Shown: positions 9,080 to 20,832, counted from the first letter of the stretch. The stretch: DNA of 55,523 nucleotides from an uncultured Gemmatimonadales bacterium (GCA_964386505.1 CAYLSM010000002.1:1-55523), one strand, 5' to 3'. Notes: generated by a model from the sequence alone, not told the origin. Numbers and translations are program-made.

Positions 9080-10273
9080 TTGGCCGACAGAACGATTGAC
9101 CTGCCGCAGATGCTTTCGATAATCGGACGCCGCTGGCGCGTTCCGGCAACGGTCGGGGCTGTGACCGCGCTGGCCGCCCTGCTCGTGAATTTCCTTTTCC
9201 TGCCCAAATGGTACGAGTCCACCACCGTGATCATGCCGCCCCAGGAAAAGAGCGGCTTCGGCATCATGAGCATGCTGCTGTCCCGGGCCTCCGACATGCC
9301 GGGCGGCCTGAGCCGTCTGGCCAGCGGAATCGCCGGGATCAACCCCTCGCAGTTCCTGTTCGTGGTGGTGCTCAACAGCCAGACCGTGGCCGATTCGCTG
9401 ATCGACAAGTACGACCTGATGCAGGTCTACAAGACCAAGTACCGCTTCCTGGCGCGCAAGGAGCTGGCTCACCACACCTGGATCGATTTTCCTCCCGAGG
9501 GTCATATCGTGGTGCGGGTGGAGGCCAGGGAGAATCCGCAACTGGCCCGCGACCTGGCACACGAGTACGTGGCCCAGCTCAACAACGTCATCCTCGACCG
9601 CGGGCTTTTCTCCGCCACCAAGCGGCGGCGTTTCCTTCAGGACCGCCTGGAGGAAGAGCGGCTCTACCTCCACGACATGGAGGACAGCCTTGTGGTGATG
9701 CAGAAGAAATACGGCATCATCGAGCCGGAGGAGCAGGCCAAGGGCCTGGCCGAGATTATCACCGCCCCGCTCAAGGGGACCATGGAGATGCTCGCCCTGC
9801 TGGAGACCGAGCGGGAGAGCCAGATGGTGCAGCTCAAGATCAAGCGCGATTTCTACACCGAGGCCCACCCCGAGGTCCGTCGCCTGGAGTCGGCGATCAA
9901 GGAGATGGACCGCTCGATTGCGCGCATCCGGGGCGAGATAAACTCCGCCACTACCCGTGATGTCGGCAAGCTGACCATCCCCCTGGCCGATATCCCCGAG
10001 GCGGCCATGGACTACCTGCGCCTGTACCGCGGGGTGAAAATCCACGAGGAGATGTACGCGCTGCTGGCGGCCCAGTTCGAGGAGGCCCGTCTGACCGAAG
10101 CGGATGACATCCCCAGCGCCATTGTGGGCGATCAGGCCAGCCTGCCCGAGTACAAGAGCCGTCCCAAGCGCCTGCTCAACACGGCGATCAGCACTGCGGC
10201 CGCGGTGCTGCTGAGCCTGCTGTACGTGATGGCCGCCGCTCGTTTCAGCTTCCTGAAAGAGGAGCGCGACTGA
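9080..10273 (+). CDS. Wzz/GumC-like polysaccharide chain-length determinant protein (no kinase domain)
   Basis: N- and C-terminal TM helices flank a long coiled-coil periplasmic region. Start is TTG at 9080; the SD spacing is short, so ATG at 9110 is an alternative. Confidence 0.8.
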   Translation: MADRTIDLPQMLSIIGRRWRVPATVGAVTALAALLVNFLFLPKWYESTTVIMPPQEKSGFGIMSMLLSRASDMPGGLSRLASGIAGINPSQFLFVVVLNSQTVADSLIDKYDLMQVYKTKYRFLARKELAHHTWIDFPPEGHIVVRVEARENPQLARDLAHEYVAQLNNVILDRGLFSATKRRRFLQDRLEEERLYLHDMEDSLVVMQKKYGIIEPEEQAKGLAEIITAPLKGTMEMLALLETERESQMVQLKIKRDFYTEAHPEVRRLESAIKEMDRSIARIRGEINSATTRDVGKLTIPLADIPEAAMDYLRLYRGVKIHEEMYALLAAQFEEARLTEADDIPSAIVGDQASLPEYKSRPKRLLNTAISTAAAVLLSLLYVMAAARFSFLKEERD

Positions 10274-10300
10274 GCCGCCCGCGGCCGGCAGGTAAATCTA

Positions 10301-10343
10301 TCAAAATAAAAAGGGGCACGGTTCGCCGTGCCCCTTCGCTTTA
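10301..10343. terminator. Bidirectional intrinsic terminator between the convergent wzz-like and ntrC-like genes
   Basis: ggggcacgg-ttcg-ccgtgcccc flanked by an A-run (5' side) and T-rich sequence (3' side). Confidence 0.7.
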
Positions 10344-10375
10344 AAGCCCGTTCTGCAAGCGCCACTGTCAGCTCC

Positions 10376-11773
10376 TCAATCCTGAAACCCGTATTTTTCC
10401 ATCCTGCGGCGCAGTGATTCCCGGCTGATCCCCAGCAGTTCCGCCGCTCGAAGCTTCACGCCTCCGGCTTTCTCCAGCGCCCGCTTGAGCAGCATGCGCT
10501 CCATGTCCTCCAGGGGCATAAGCTCCACCTCAGCCTTGCTCGTGGCAGAGGGCTGCCAGGCATGCCGGTCCTGAAGGTTGGGGAAATCCTCCGGAGTGAG
10601 CTGTTGGGTGTTGGCCAGGATCATGGCCCGCTCGATCATGTTGCGCAGCTCCCGGATGTTGCCCGGGAAACTGTAGTCTTTCAGTATTTCGAGCGCGGCC
10701 GGGGCGATCCCCTGGATGTTCTTTTTCAGCTCGCGGTTGAAAAAGCGGATCATCGAGGCGCAGAGGTTTTTGATGTCCGTGTGGATGGTCCTGAGCGGCG
10801 GGGTTTGGATGGTGAACACCTCCAGGCGGTGGAGCAGGTCGAGGCGGAACGAACCCTCGCGCGCCAGTTCGTGCAGGTCACGATTGGTGGCCGCCACCAC
10901 CCGCACGTCCACCCGGATTTCGCGCTTGCCGCCCACCCGGAAGAAACTGTAGTTTTCGAGCACGCGCAACAAGCGGCTCTGCAGGCTCGGCTCCATGTCC
11001 CCGATCTCGTCCAGGAAAATGGTGCCCTTGTCCGCCAGCTCGAAGAACCCGGCCTTGCGGCCGCGCGCCCCGGTGAATGCCCCCGGCTCGTGCCCGAACA
11101 GCTCGCTTTCGGCCAGGCCGTGAGTCAGGCTGGTGCAGTTGACCGGGATGAACGGGTGCTCGGCCCGTCCGCTCAGACGGTGTATTGCGCGGGCGACCAG
11201 TTCCTTGCCGGTGCCGGTTTCACCCGTGATCAGCACGGTGGTGCGTTCGGTCTGGGCCACCTTGCGGATCAGGTTCTTGATGTGGGCTATCGGTGCGCTG
11301 TCACCGATGATATTGTCGATCTCGCCGCTCAGGGCCGAACTCTTTTCCATCAGGCCGATCTGCTCGGCGGCCTGGCGTTTCTGCCAGCGCATCTGATGGT
11401 ATTTGCCCGTGCGCTCCAGGGCCAGGTCGAGGTCGCGGAAATCGATGGGCTTGCGTATGAAATCGAACGCCCCGGCGCGCTGGGCCTGGATCACCAGGTC
11501 CATGTCCCCGAACCCGCTGATCAGAATGACCTCGATCTTGTCATCCACGGCTTTGATCTTTTTTAGCAGGGTCAGGCCGTCCATGCCGGGCATCTTGACA
11601 TCCGACAGGACCACGTCCGGTGAATTCTCCTCCACTGCTTTCAGCGCGCTCGGCCCGTCCGCGGCGTACTCCACCAGGTAGCCCCGTTCACGCAGGTACA
11701 TGACCACCGTGTTCAGGACCGACTTTTCATCGTCCGCCACCAGGACATGCAATGCTTTTGTTTCCCTCTGCAT
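10376..11773 (-). CDS. Sigma54-dependent Fis-family response regulator (NtrC class)
   Basis: Receiver domain (DVKMPGMDG), AAA+ [14 protein letters not shown] sigma54-contact motif, C-terminal Fis HTH. Confidence 0.95.
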   Translation of the reverse strand: MQRETKALHVLVADDEKSVLNTVVMYLRERGYLVEYAADGPSALKAVEENSPDVVLSDVKMPGMDGLTLLKKIKAVDDKIEVILISGFGDMDLVIQAQRAGAFDFIRKPIDFRDLDLALERTGKYHQMRWQKRQAAEQIGLMEKSSALSGEIDNIIGDSAPIAHIKNLIRKVAQTERTTVLITGETGTGKELVARAIHRLSGRAEHPFIPVNCTSLTHGLAESELFGHEPGAFTGARGRKAGFFELADKGTIFLDEIGDMEPSLQSRLLRVLENYSFFRVGGKREIRVDVRVVAATNRDLHELAREGSFRLDLLHRLEVFTIQTPPLRTIHTDIKNLCASMIRFFNRELKKNIQGIAPAALEILKDYSFPGNIRELRNMIERAMILANTQQLTPEDFPNLQDRHAWQPSATSKAEVELMPLEDMERMLLKRALEKAGGVKLRAAELLGISRESLRRRMEKYGFQD

Positions 11774-11782
11774 CGGATCACC

Positions 11783-13348
11783 TCATCCTGCAGCATTCCC
11801 GTTGTCCGGCAGCGGGAGCCAGAACGACATGCAGGCCCCGTCCCGCCGCTCGGTGTCGAGCTCGATTCGTCCCTCGAAGCCGCGCAGAATTCCGCTGGCT
11901 ATGGTCAGGCCAAGTCCCGGCCGCGCAACTCCACCGTGGCCGGAGAAAAATGGTTCGAACACTCTGTCGTGTATTTCAGGCCGGATTCCCGCGCCGTTGT
12001 CCTCGACCCGCACCCTGACCCCCGGTCTTCCCTCCAGTTTCTGCAGACCGGCGCTGACCCGTATCACACCGCGCGTGCCGGAACCGGCCGCTTTGGCGGC
12101 GTCTATCGAATCAACCGCGTTGAGCAGAATGCTTTCTATTACCTTGCCCAGTCCGATCCGCGTGGCCGCCACCGGGGGCAGGCCGTCCGGAAAATCCTCC
12201 TCCAGCTCGATCCCGCAGCGCAGGATATGACCGCGCAGCAGCCCGGTATAGCGGAAATATATACTGCGCAGGTCGAGCGACTCCAGGGCCACCCCTTCCC
12301 GTCTCTGAGAGGCGGAGTCGCGCGCCATCTGGATCATCCCGTTTATCCGTCCCACCTCCGACAGCATTTCCTGGCACATCACTGCCAGTTCATCCGGCTT
12401 GATCTGACGCCCCTCGTCCAGGCGGTACTTCAGCAACTGGAGGTAGGAGGAAAGAGCGTTGAGCGGCTGGTTGAACTCGTGCGAAAATATCGCCGATATC
12501 TCCCCTATGACCATCCGCCGGGTGAGCAGTTCCTCGCGGAAATCCGCCTCGCTTTCGTTGGTGATGTCCTCGAGCAGCAGCAGGCAAAGGTTGTCCGCCG
12601 GTGTTCCCAACTGGCGGCAGACTGCACGAAGGGTTGCCCCGGAGGTGCTGTCAGGCACAAAATAGAAAGCTTTCAGGCTGCAATGTGGCCCCTGGCTGCT
12701 TACCTCGCTCAGGGGACAGTCACCCACGGCCGAGCCGGATTTCCCGGCCTGGCAGGCCGGCCCCAGGCGAACGAGCTGGCAAAACCGGCGGCCCGACATC
12801 TCCTCAGGCGTCCGGCTGAACAGAGCCGCCGCCTGATGGTTGCAGTCCGTGATCTCGAGATCGGCATTGAGAATGAGCAGCGGCAGCGGCAGTATGTCCA
12901 GCCTGGGAGTCCCCTCCCGTGCGCAGTCGGCTGCGGCCCCGCCTTGCCCGACGGGCTTTCTTTCACCCAGCCGCAGCTCGAGCAGGGCTATGTCCCGCTG
13001 GCGCACCGCGGCCAGAAGCAGACGGTTCAGCTCAGCCAGGTCGAAAGGCTTTTTCAGGTAGGCGAAGGCTTTCAACCCCATCCGCTCGATCATCTCGCGG
13101 GCCTCGTCGAACCCGCTCATCAATATCACTTCCAGGCAAGGGTACTGTTCGTGAATCTGGACCAGAAGGTCGGCGCCGGTCTGGTTTTCCATCCGGATGT
13201 CGGAGATGACAACCTCCACCGAGTCGTCGCACAACCCACTCGCCTCTTCCGGGCTGCCCGCCACGATCACTGTCCAGCCGACCTTGGCCAGAAAAGAGCC
13301 GAGCATCCCACGGATATTTTTGTCATCGTCCACGATCAGGACTTTCAT
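11783..13348 (-). CDS. Hybrid sensor histidine kinase (REC-PAS-HisKA-HATPase)
   Basis: MKVLIVDDD receiver, H-box SHEFNQPLNAL, and G-boxes DNGAGI / GLGLTIA. The ORF could alternatively start at 13438. Confidence 0.85.
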   Translation of the reverse strand: MKVLIVDDDKNIRGMLGSFLAKVGWTVIVAGSPEEASGLCDDSVEVVISDIRMENQTGADLLVQIHEQYPCLEVILMSGFDEAREMIERMGLKAFAYLKKPFDLAELNRLLLAAVRQRDIALLELRLGERKPVGQGGAAADCAREGTPRLDILPLPLLILNADLEITDCNHQAAALFSRTPEEMSGRRFCQLVRLGPACQAGKSGSAVGDCPLSEVSSQGPHCSLKAFYFVPDSTSGATLRAVCRQLGTPADNLCLLLLEDITNESEADFREELLTRRMVIGEISAIFSHEFNQPLNALSSYLQLLKYRLDEGRQIKPDELAVMCQEMLSEVGRINGMIQMARDSASQRREGVALESLDLRSIYFRYTGLLRGHILRCGIELEEDFPDGLPPVAATRIGLGKVIESILLNAVDSIDAAKAAGSGTRGVIRVSAGLQKLEGRPGVRVRVEDNGAGIRPEIHDRVFEPFFSGHGGVARPGLGLTIASGILRGFEGRIELDTERRDGACMSFWLPLPDNGNAAG

Positions 13349-13745
13349 GGGCCTTGCCTGTCGCAGCGGATTGTGGCGAGCGCTTCCGGTGACTGGTCCC
13401 GGAGTGAGTAAAAGGATTAGCTCCTGGCGGGGCTGCAATGAATTATATCCTACAGAAAAGCCTAAATGTCAAGCCTTTTGGGTTCCGGCAGCCTTTGGCA
13501 GCCTGCCAGAATGGCGGATGCCGGGACTCATTCACGACGGATGGGTTCGGGCCGGCAGCCGTAACGGCTGAGAAAATCCGTCTTAAGAGCGGACTGTCTC
13601 TGTCAGCTATCCCTGGCATGGAAATTGAGTTTATTGAAACACGGTTTGGCAATACTACGGGCTTTGTGCGGATTGTTGTGGAGTTGGGATGGGCCTGTAG
13701 GGGAAATTGCCCGAAAAATATGGTAAAGAATAAGGAGGATATTTC

Positions 13746-16355
13746 ATGAACAGGATGGACAGACTGACCCTGAAGTGCCGCGAGGCCTTGGAACGGGCCG
13801 CGCAGTATGCGCAGCAGTCGCATGCACCGGAAATCGACACCCCCCACCTTCTGCTGGCCCTGGCGGAGGAGCGTGAGGGTCTGGTGGAACCGCTTTTCCA
13901 GAAAGTCGGCATCCCGCTGTCCCAGGTGCGTTCCGAGGCCCGCCGCCTGGTGGACGGCCAGGCCCGGGCCAGCGGCGAGGGCCTGGAACTGGCCCCCAGC
14001 CCGGCGTTCCGCCGCGCCCTTCAGCGCGCCTCCGAGGAGGCCGGCCGCATGGGTGACGAATATATCAGCACCGAGCACCTTCTGCTGGCCCTGACCGAGG
14101 GTGGCGACCGCACGGCCCAGGCGCTCAAGTCCTGCGGTGCGAGTCGTGACGGCCTGCTGCGGGCGCTTTCCGAGCTGCGTGGCAGCCAGAATGTTACTGA
14201 TGAGAGCCCGGAGGACAAGTTCCAGGCGCTCAAGCGCTACAGCCGCGACCTGCTCGAGATGGCCCGCGCCGGCAAGCTCGACCCGGTGATCGGCCGGGAT
14301 GACGAGATCCGGCGGGTGATCCAGGTCCTGAGCCGCCGCACCAAGAACAACCCGGTGCTGATCGGCGAGCCGGGCGTGGGAAAGACCGCGGTGGTGGAGG
14401 GTCTGGCTCAGCGCATCGCCGACGGTGACGTGCCTGAGGGGCTCAAAGGCAAGCGCCTTCTGGCCCTGGACATCGGCCAGATGCTGGCCGGGGCCAAGTA
14501 CCGCGGCGAGTTCGAGGACCGCATGAAAGCCGTGCTGCGCGAGGTGAGCGAGGCCGGCGGCGAGGTGATAATTTTCATCGATGAGCTGCACACGCTGGTC
14601 GGGGCCGGAGCGGCTGAGGGCGCGGTGGACGCCTCCAACATGCTGAAGCCAGCCCTGGCCCGCGGCGAGCTGCGCTGCGTGGGCGCAACCACCCTGGCCG
14701 AGTACCAGAAATACATCGAGAAGGACAAGGCCCTGGAGCGCCGTTTCCAGCTGGTTTACGTGGACGAGCCCTCGGTGGCGGACACGATCTCGATCCTGCG
14801 CGGCCTCAAGGAGCGCTACGAGCTGCATCACGGGGTGCGGATCAAGGATGCCGCCCTGATCGCCGCGGCGACCCTGAGCAACCGCTACATCAACGGCCGC
14901 CAGCTTCCTGACAAGGCCATCGACCTGGTGGATGAGGCGGCCAGCAGCCTGCGCATCGAGATCGACAGTCTGCCGGCCGAGATCGACACCGTGCAGCGCA
15001 AGATCGTGCAGCTTCAGATCGAGCGCGAGGCGCTCAAGAAAGAGCGCGATTCCGGCAGCCGCGAACGCCTGGCCAAGCTGGAGTCCGAACTGGCCGAACT
15101 GGAGGCGCAGCGCCGCGAGATGCTGCTGCACTGGAAGAACGAGAAGGAGCAGATACAGAAAATCCAGGGGCTGGGCGAGAGCATGGAACAAGCCCGCCGC
15201 GAGGCCGCCGAGGCAGAGAAGCGCGGCGACCTGGCCCGCGCCGCCGAGTTGCGCTACGGCCGTCTGGGCCAGCTCGAAAAGGAGTTGGAGGCTGCCCGCG
15301 CGCACCTGGCTGAGCTGCAGGCGAACAAGAAAATCCTGAGCGAACAGATCGACGAGGCCGATATCGCGGCTGTTGTCTCCAAGTGGACCGGAGTGCCGCT
15401 GGACAAGCTGCTCGAGGGCGAGCGCGACAAACTGCTGGGCATGGAGGAACGCCTGCGCCGCCGTGTGGTGGGCCAGGATGCCGCCGTGAACGCCGTGTCC
15501 GACGCCATCCGCCGGGCGCGGGCCGGCCTGACCGAGGGGCACCATCCAATCGGCAGTTTCATTTTCCTGGGCCCTACCGGTGTGGGCAAGACCGAACTGG
15601 CCCGCAGCCTGGCCGATTTCCTGTTCGACAGCGAGGAGGCGGTGCTGCGGATCGACATGTCAGAGTACATGGAGCGCCACGCCGTGGCGCGCCTGGTGGG
15701 CGCGCCTCCCGGCTATGTCGGCTACGAGGAGGGCGGCCAGCTCACCGAGGCGGTGCGACGCCGGCCCTATGCGGTGGTGTTGTTCGACGAGATCGAGAAA
15801 GCGCACCCGGACGTGTTCAACATCCTGCTGCAGATGCTGGACGACGGCCGTCTGACCGACGCCAAGGGCCGCACGGTGGATTTCTCAAACACGGTGATCA
15901 TCATGACCTCGAACCTCGGCGGGGCGGCCCTGGCCGCGGCCGGTGAGGAAGGGCGCGCCGCAGCCGAGGCGCAGACCTTGGAGGAGCTGCGGCGCACGTT
16001 CAAGCCCGAGTTCCTCAACCGGGTGGATGATATCATCATTTTCAACCCGCTCACCCGCGGCGATATCGACCGGATCATCGACATCCAGTTGGCCCGTTTC
16101 GAGGCCGTGCTGGCCGAGCGCGGCCTGGAGCTGAGTCTCGACCCGGCGCTGCGCGCGAACCTGGCCAGCCAGGGCTACGATCCGCTGTACGGAGCGCGGC
16201 CGCTCAAGCGCGTGCTGCGGAGCAGCCTGCAGAACCCCCTGGCGCGCTGGATCCTTGAGCACCAGCCGCCCCGCGGCGCCCGTCTGCTGGCCACGCTGGA
16301 CCCGCAGGGCGAGACGGTGAAGTTCAGCCGCCTGGATGATCCCGCAGCGGCCTGA
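13746..16355 (+). CDS. clpB: ATP-dependent chaperone ClpB
   Basis: Clp_N repeats, two AAA+ modules ([16 protein letters not shown]), long coiled-coil middle domain. AAGGAGG lies upstream of the ATG. Confidence 0.98.
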   Translation: MNRMDRLTLKCREALERAAQYAQQSHAPEIDTPHLLLALAEEREGLVEPLFQKVGIPLSQVRSEARRLVDGQARASGEGLELAPSPAFRRALQRASEEAGRMGDEYISTEHLLLALTEGGDRTAQALKSCGASRDGLLRALSELRGSQNVTDESPEDKFQALKRYSRDLLEMARAGKLDPVIGRDDEIRRVIQVLSRRTKNNPVLIGEPGVGKTAVVEGLAQRIADGDVPEGLKGKRLLALDIGQMLAGAKYRGEFEDRMKAVLREVSEAGGEVIIFIDELHTLVGAGAAEGAVDASNMLKPALARGELRCVGATTLAEYQKYIEKDKALERRFQLVYVDEPSVADTISILRGLKERYELHHGVRIKDAALIAAATLSNRYINGRQLPDKAIDLVDEAASSLRIEIDSLPAEIDTVQRKIVQLQIEREALKKERDSGSRERLAKLESELAELEAQRREMLLHWKNEKEQIQKIQGLGESMEQARREAAEAEKRGDLARAAELRYGRLGQLEKELEAARAHLAELQANKKILSEQIDEADIAAVVSKWTGVPLDKLLEGERDKLLGMEERLRRRVVGQDAAVNAVSDAIRRARAGLTEGHHPIGSFIFLGPTGVGKTELARSLADFLFDSEEAVLRIDMSEYMERHAVARLVGAPPGYVGYEEGGQLTEAVRRRPYAVVLFDEIEKAHPDVFNILLQMLDDGRLTDAKGRTVDFSNTVIIMTSNLGGAALAAAGEEGRAAAEAQTLEELRRTFKPEFLNRVDDIIIFNPLTRGDIDRIIDIQLARFEAVLAERGLELSLDPALRANLASQGYDPLYGARPLKRVLRSSLQNPLARWILEHQPPRGARLLATLDPQGETVKFSRLDDPAAA

Positions 16356-16461
16356 TTTGCTGCCGTCATGGCAGAGGTATGCCCCAACCGGCGCTGTCTG
16401 TATGGCAGAGAAAGTCTGTCATCCGGACAGCGCCCGGCTGGGGAAAATGTGCAGAATGAGC

Positions 16462-16490
16462 TTGGCATTCCGTGGGTAAATGTATATATT
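16462..16490 (+). promoter_or_regulatory. Candidate sigma70 promoter upstream of the fmdB-like gene
   Basis: TTGGCA-N17-TATATT. Confidence 0.4.
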
Positions 16491-16588
16491 GGTTGGAGGT
16501 AGCCGGGGGCCGAACCCCGGCTGATTATTTCTGGTATGTGATTTGCAAAAATTGGAAGGCTGAGAACCTTCCAGCGAGCGAGGTGGGT

Positions 16589-16840
16589 ATGCCGATCTAC
16601 GAGTATCAGTGTGCGGATTGCAACAAGGTGTTCGAGATCCTGCACGGGATAAACGAAAAGCCCGAGCTGCACTGCGAAAGCTGCGGCAGCGCCAACGTGA
16701 CCCGGGTGATGAGCGCCGGGGCGTTCGTTTTCAAGGGCAGCGGTTTCTACGCCACGGACTACAAGAACAAGCCCAGCGGTTCCTCGTGCTCGGCCTGCTC
16801 CGAGTCGGGTAGCTGTCCGGCCGCCGGGTCGAAGGATTGA
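16589..16840 (+). CDS. FmdB-family zinc-ribbon protein
   Basis: MPIYEYQCADCNKVFE...CESCGS signature. Internal ATG at residue 40 of the ORF. Confidence 0.85.
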   Translation: MPIYEYQCADCNKVFEILHGINEKPELHCESCGSANVTRVMSAGAFVFKGSGFYATDYKNKPSGSSCSACSESGSCPAAGSKD

Positions 16841-16859
16841 AATTTTTTTGCTTCGGTTG

Positions 16860-16886
16860 TTAGCACTCGGGTCTGCCGAGTGCTAA
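16860..16886 (+). promoter_or_regulatory. CIRCE operator (HrcA binding site), perfect consensus
   Basis: TTAGCACTC-gggtctgcc-GAGTGCTAA, 72 nt upstream of groES. Confidence 0.9.
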
Positions 16887-16958
16887 CACAGTATCTCAAT
16901 CAACGCTGTACTGCCGTGCAGTAGAATCAATTAAACCCATAATACGAGAGGTGGCAGC

Positions 16959-17243
16959 ATGAAGATCAAACCCCTGGCTGACCGAGTGGTGGTAAAGCCC
17001 CTCGAAGAGACCGAGCAGAAGAAGGGTAGCATCATCATCCCCGACACGGCCAAGGAAAAGCCCCAGCAGGGCGAGATCGTGGCTGTGGGCCCCGGCAAGA
17101 TGAGCGATGAGGGCAAGCCGGTCAAGATGGAGCTTAAGAAGGGTGACAAGGTCCTCTACGGCAAGTATTCCGGCACCGAGGTGACTGTTGACGGTGAGGA
17201 ATTGCTGATCATGCGCGAGAGCGACGTGCTCGCGGTCATCTGA
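16959..17243 (+). CDS. groES: Co-chaperonin GroES
   Basis: [14 protein letters not shown]...GEIVAVGPG, full-length Cpn10 signature. Confidence 0.98.
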   Translation: MKIKPLADRVVVKPLEETEQKKGSIIIPDTAKEKPQQGEIVAVGPGKMSDEGKPVKMELKKGDKVLYGKYSGTEVTVDGEELLIMRESDVLAVI

Positions 17244-17268
17244 ACGCTGCGATATCGTTGCGACATAA

Positions 17269-18969
<1,701 letters not shown>

Positions 18970-19035
18970 TCGGGCAGAGTGGCTGGAAGCACGAAGACTG
19001 AAACGGCTTGCGGGGTGACCCGCAGGTCGCGCGGA

Positions 19036-19066
19036 GGGGCGGGTCGGAAGACCCGCCCCTTTTTTG
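19036..19066 (+). terminator. Intrinsic terminator after groEL
   Basis: ggggcgggtc-ggaa-gacccgcccc followed by TTTTTTG. Confidence 0.8.
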
Positions 19067-19221
19067 TTGGTCCCTGCCGCGCCGCCAACGGCAGGGCCGC
19101 TGTCCCGCGGGTCTTGATTAGTTTCCTCAAATTAACTAATATGTACGGGTTTATTCCACTTGTCGGTTTTTTATCATTGCTGGTTCGGCAATTCAGTTCA
19201 GAAGGGTGGGTCTTTAGACAC

Positions 19222-20049
19222 ATGGCTCACGACAGGAAAAGTCTGTCCCGGGATTTGCGCTCGCTGGGCCTGCGCGAGAGCGACTGGGTGATGGTGCACA
19301 GCTCGATGAAATCCATCGGCTGGGTCGAGGGCGGAGCGCCCACGGTGATCCAGGCCCTGCTCGACACCCTGGGGCCGGAGGGCATGCTGTTCATGCCCCT
19401 CTTTGTCCGGGCGAAGCAGGAGATCATTGACTTGGCGACAGAGCCCACCTACCTGGGCCTGATCCCGGAAACGTTCCGCAAGTGGCCGGGCGTGGCGCGT
19501 TCGGTTCACCCCACGCACTCGGTGGGAATACTGGGCCCGCGCGCGCGGGAAATCGCCGAGGCGCACCGCGGCCGCACCTTCATCGGGCGGGGCAGCCCGC
19601 TGGATATCCTGGCGCAGAACAAGGGCTGGGTGCTGCATATCGGGACCGATTTCAACACCTCCAGTATCCTGCACCTGGCCGAAGTCCTGGCCGATGTGCC
19701 CTATGTGGACCTGGCCTACAAGGGCTACGACGTGCCGCTGACCGCCCGGGCCGTGGACGGCAGCCTGGTGGTGAGCGAGCCGCGCGAGGTGCCGGGCGAC
19801 TCGGCCGGGTTCGTGTTGGTGCAGGAGGAAATGAAACGCCGTGGACTTCTGCACACCGGCAAGGTGGGCGAGGCCGACTCGGTGCTGGCCCGCGCCGATC
19901 AGATGCTGGATGTGGCCGTGCCCATGCTGCGCGAGGACCCGGGGCAGTTTCTCTGCCATTACGATGACTGTACGATCTGTCCGACCGCCCGTGAGCTGGT
20001 GCGCCGCTGGGAAGAGGCCGGGCGACCCCAACGCAAGGAGAGAGTCTGA
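19222..20049 (+). CDS. AAC(3)-family N-acetyltransferase (aminoglycoside 3-N-acetyltransferase fold)
   Basis: LGLRESDWVMVHSSMKSIGWVEGGAPTVIQALLDTLGPEGMLFMP is typical of the family N-terminus. Internal ATG at residue 82 of the ORF. Confidence 0.85.
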   Translation: MAHDRKSLSRDLRSLGLRESDWVMVHSSMKSIGWVEGGAPTVIQALLDTLGPEGMLFMPLFVRAKQEIIDLATEPTYLGLIPETFRKWPGVARSVHPTHSVGILGPRAREIAEAHRGRTFIGRGSPLDILAQNKGWVLHIGTDFNTSSILHLAEVLADVPYVDLAYKGYDVPLTARAVDGSLVVSEPREVPGDSAGFVLVQEEMKRRGLLHTGKVGEADSVLARADQMLDVAVPMLREDPGQFLCHYDDCTICPTARELVRRWEEAGRPQRKERV

Positions 20050-20744
20050 TGAGCCTGGAGCGAGAGCTGCCTGTTTACGAAATATTCCGCGCCAAGTCGC
20101 CGGTCGTGGTGGACGGGCGGATGGACGAGCCGGCCTGGAAAGACGCCCCCGAGGTGGAGCTGAAACTCAACGCGGACGGCAGCGCGCCGCTCTGGAGCAC
20201 CCGCGCCCGCATGCTCTTTGACGACCAGTGGCTGTACGTGGGCTTCCTCAGCCGCGATCCGCACATCTGGGGCACCCTGACCGGCCACGATGACCCGATC
20301 TATAACGAGGAAGTGGTGGAGATTTTCCTCGACCCCATCGGCCGGGGGACGATCTACTACGAGCTGGAGGTCAACCCGCTCAACACCTCGTTCGACGCCG
20401 TGATCATGAACGATGCCCCGGTCTCGGGAAGCGCCGGCCGCGGTGAGCGTTTCCAGGGCTTCACCGGCTGGAACCCCACCAGCTTCAAGCACGCGGTCAC
20501 TATTCAGGAAGGGCGGCTCAACGACCCGTCCTCCGGCCCCGGGCTCTGGTGCTGCGAGATGGCGATCCGTTTCGCCGACATGTACCTGGGGGCCAACGTG
20601 CCGCCCAAGCCCGGCGACCAGTGGAGCGGCAACCTCTACCGGATCGATATCCACGGTGACAAATCGGAGGAGAGCGCGTTCAGCCCCACCGGCAAGTCCG
20701 ATTTCCATGTCCCGTCGCGTTTCGGGCGCTTTATCTTCCGTTGA
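20049..20744 (+). CDS. Carbohydrate-binding family 9 (CBM9/DOMON-like) protein, no signal peptide
   Basis: VDGRMDEPAWKDAP...YYELEVNPLN pattern. The ATG shares one base with the upstream TGA (TGATG). Confidence 0.7.
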   Translation: MSLERELPVYEIFRAKSPVVVDGRMDEPAWKDAPEVELKLNADGSAPLWSTRARMLFDDQWLYVGFLSRDPHIWGTLTGHDDPIYNEEVVEIFLDPIGRGTIYYELEVNPLNTSFDAVIMNDAPVSGSAGRGERFQGFTGWNPTSFKHAVTIQEGRLNDPSSGPGLWCCEMAIRFADMYLGANVPPKPGDQWSGNLYRIDIHGDKSEESAFSPTGKSDFHVPSRFGRFIFR

Positions 20745-20765
20745 TGATTTCCACTCTGGAAAGCC

Positions 20766-20810
20766 GAAGCTCCGCTGGATGGACTCATCCGGCGGAGCTT
20801 CTTTTTGTTT
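20766..20810 (+). terminator. Intrinsic terminator after the CBM9-like gene
   Basis: gaagctccgc...gcggagcttc stem followed by TTTTTGTTT. Confidence 0.7.
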
Positions 20811-20832
20811 CGGTAATTCCTGGGTCCCGCTC

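Noticed and set aside
13614-13628. Sigma54 promoter upstream of clpB
   Set aside because: The spacing and the -24 box are good, but the invariant -12 GC is GA. It is kept only as a low-confidence note, not called as a feature.
18979-19221. Upstream in-frame extension of the AAC(3)-like ORF
   Set aside because: It runs through the groEL terminator hairpin and has Arg/Gly-rich junk composition. The family N-terminus begins at ATG 19222.
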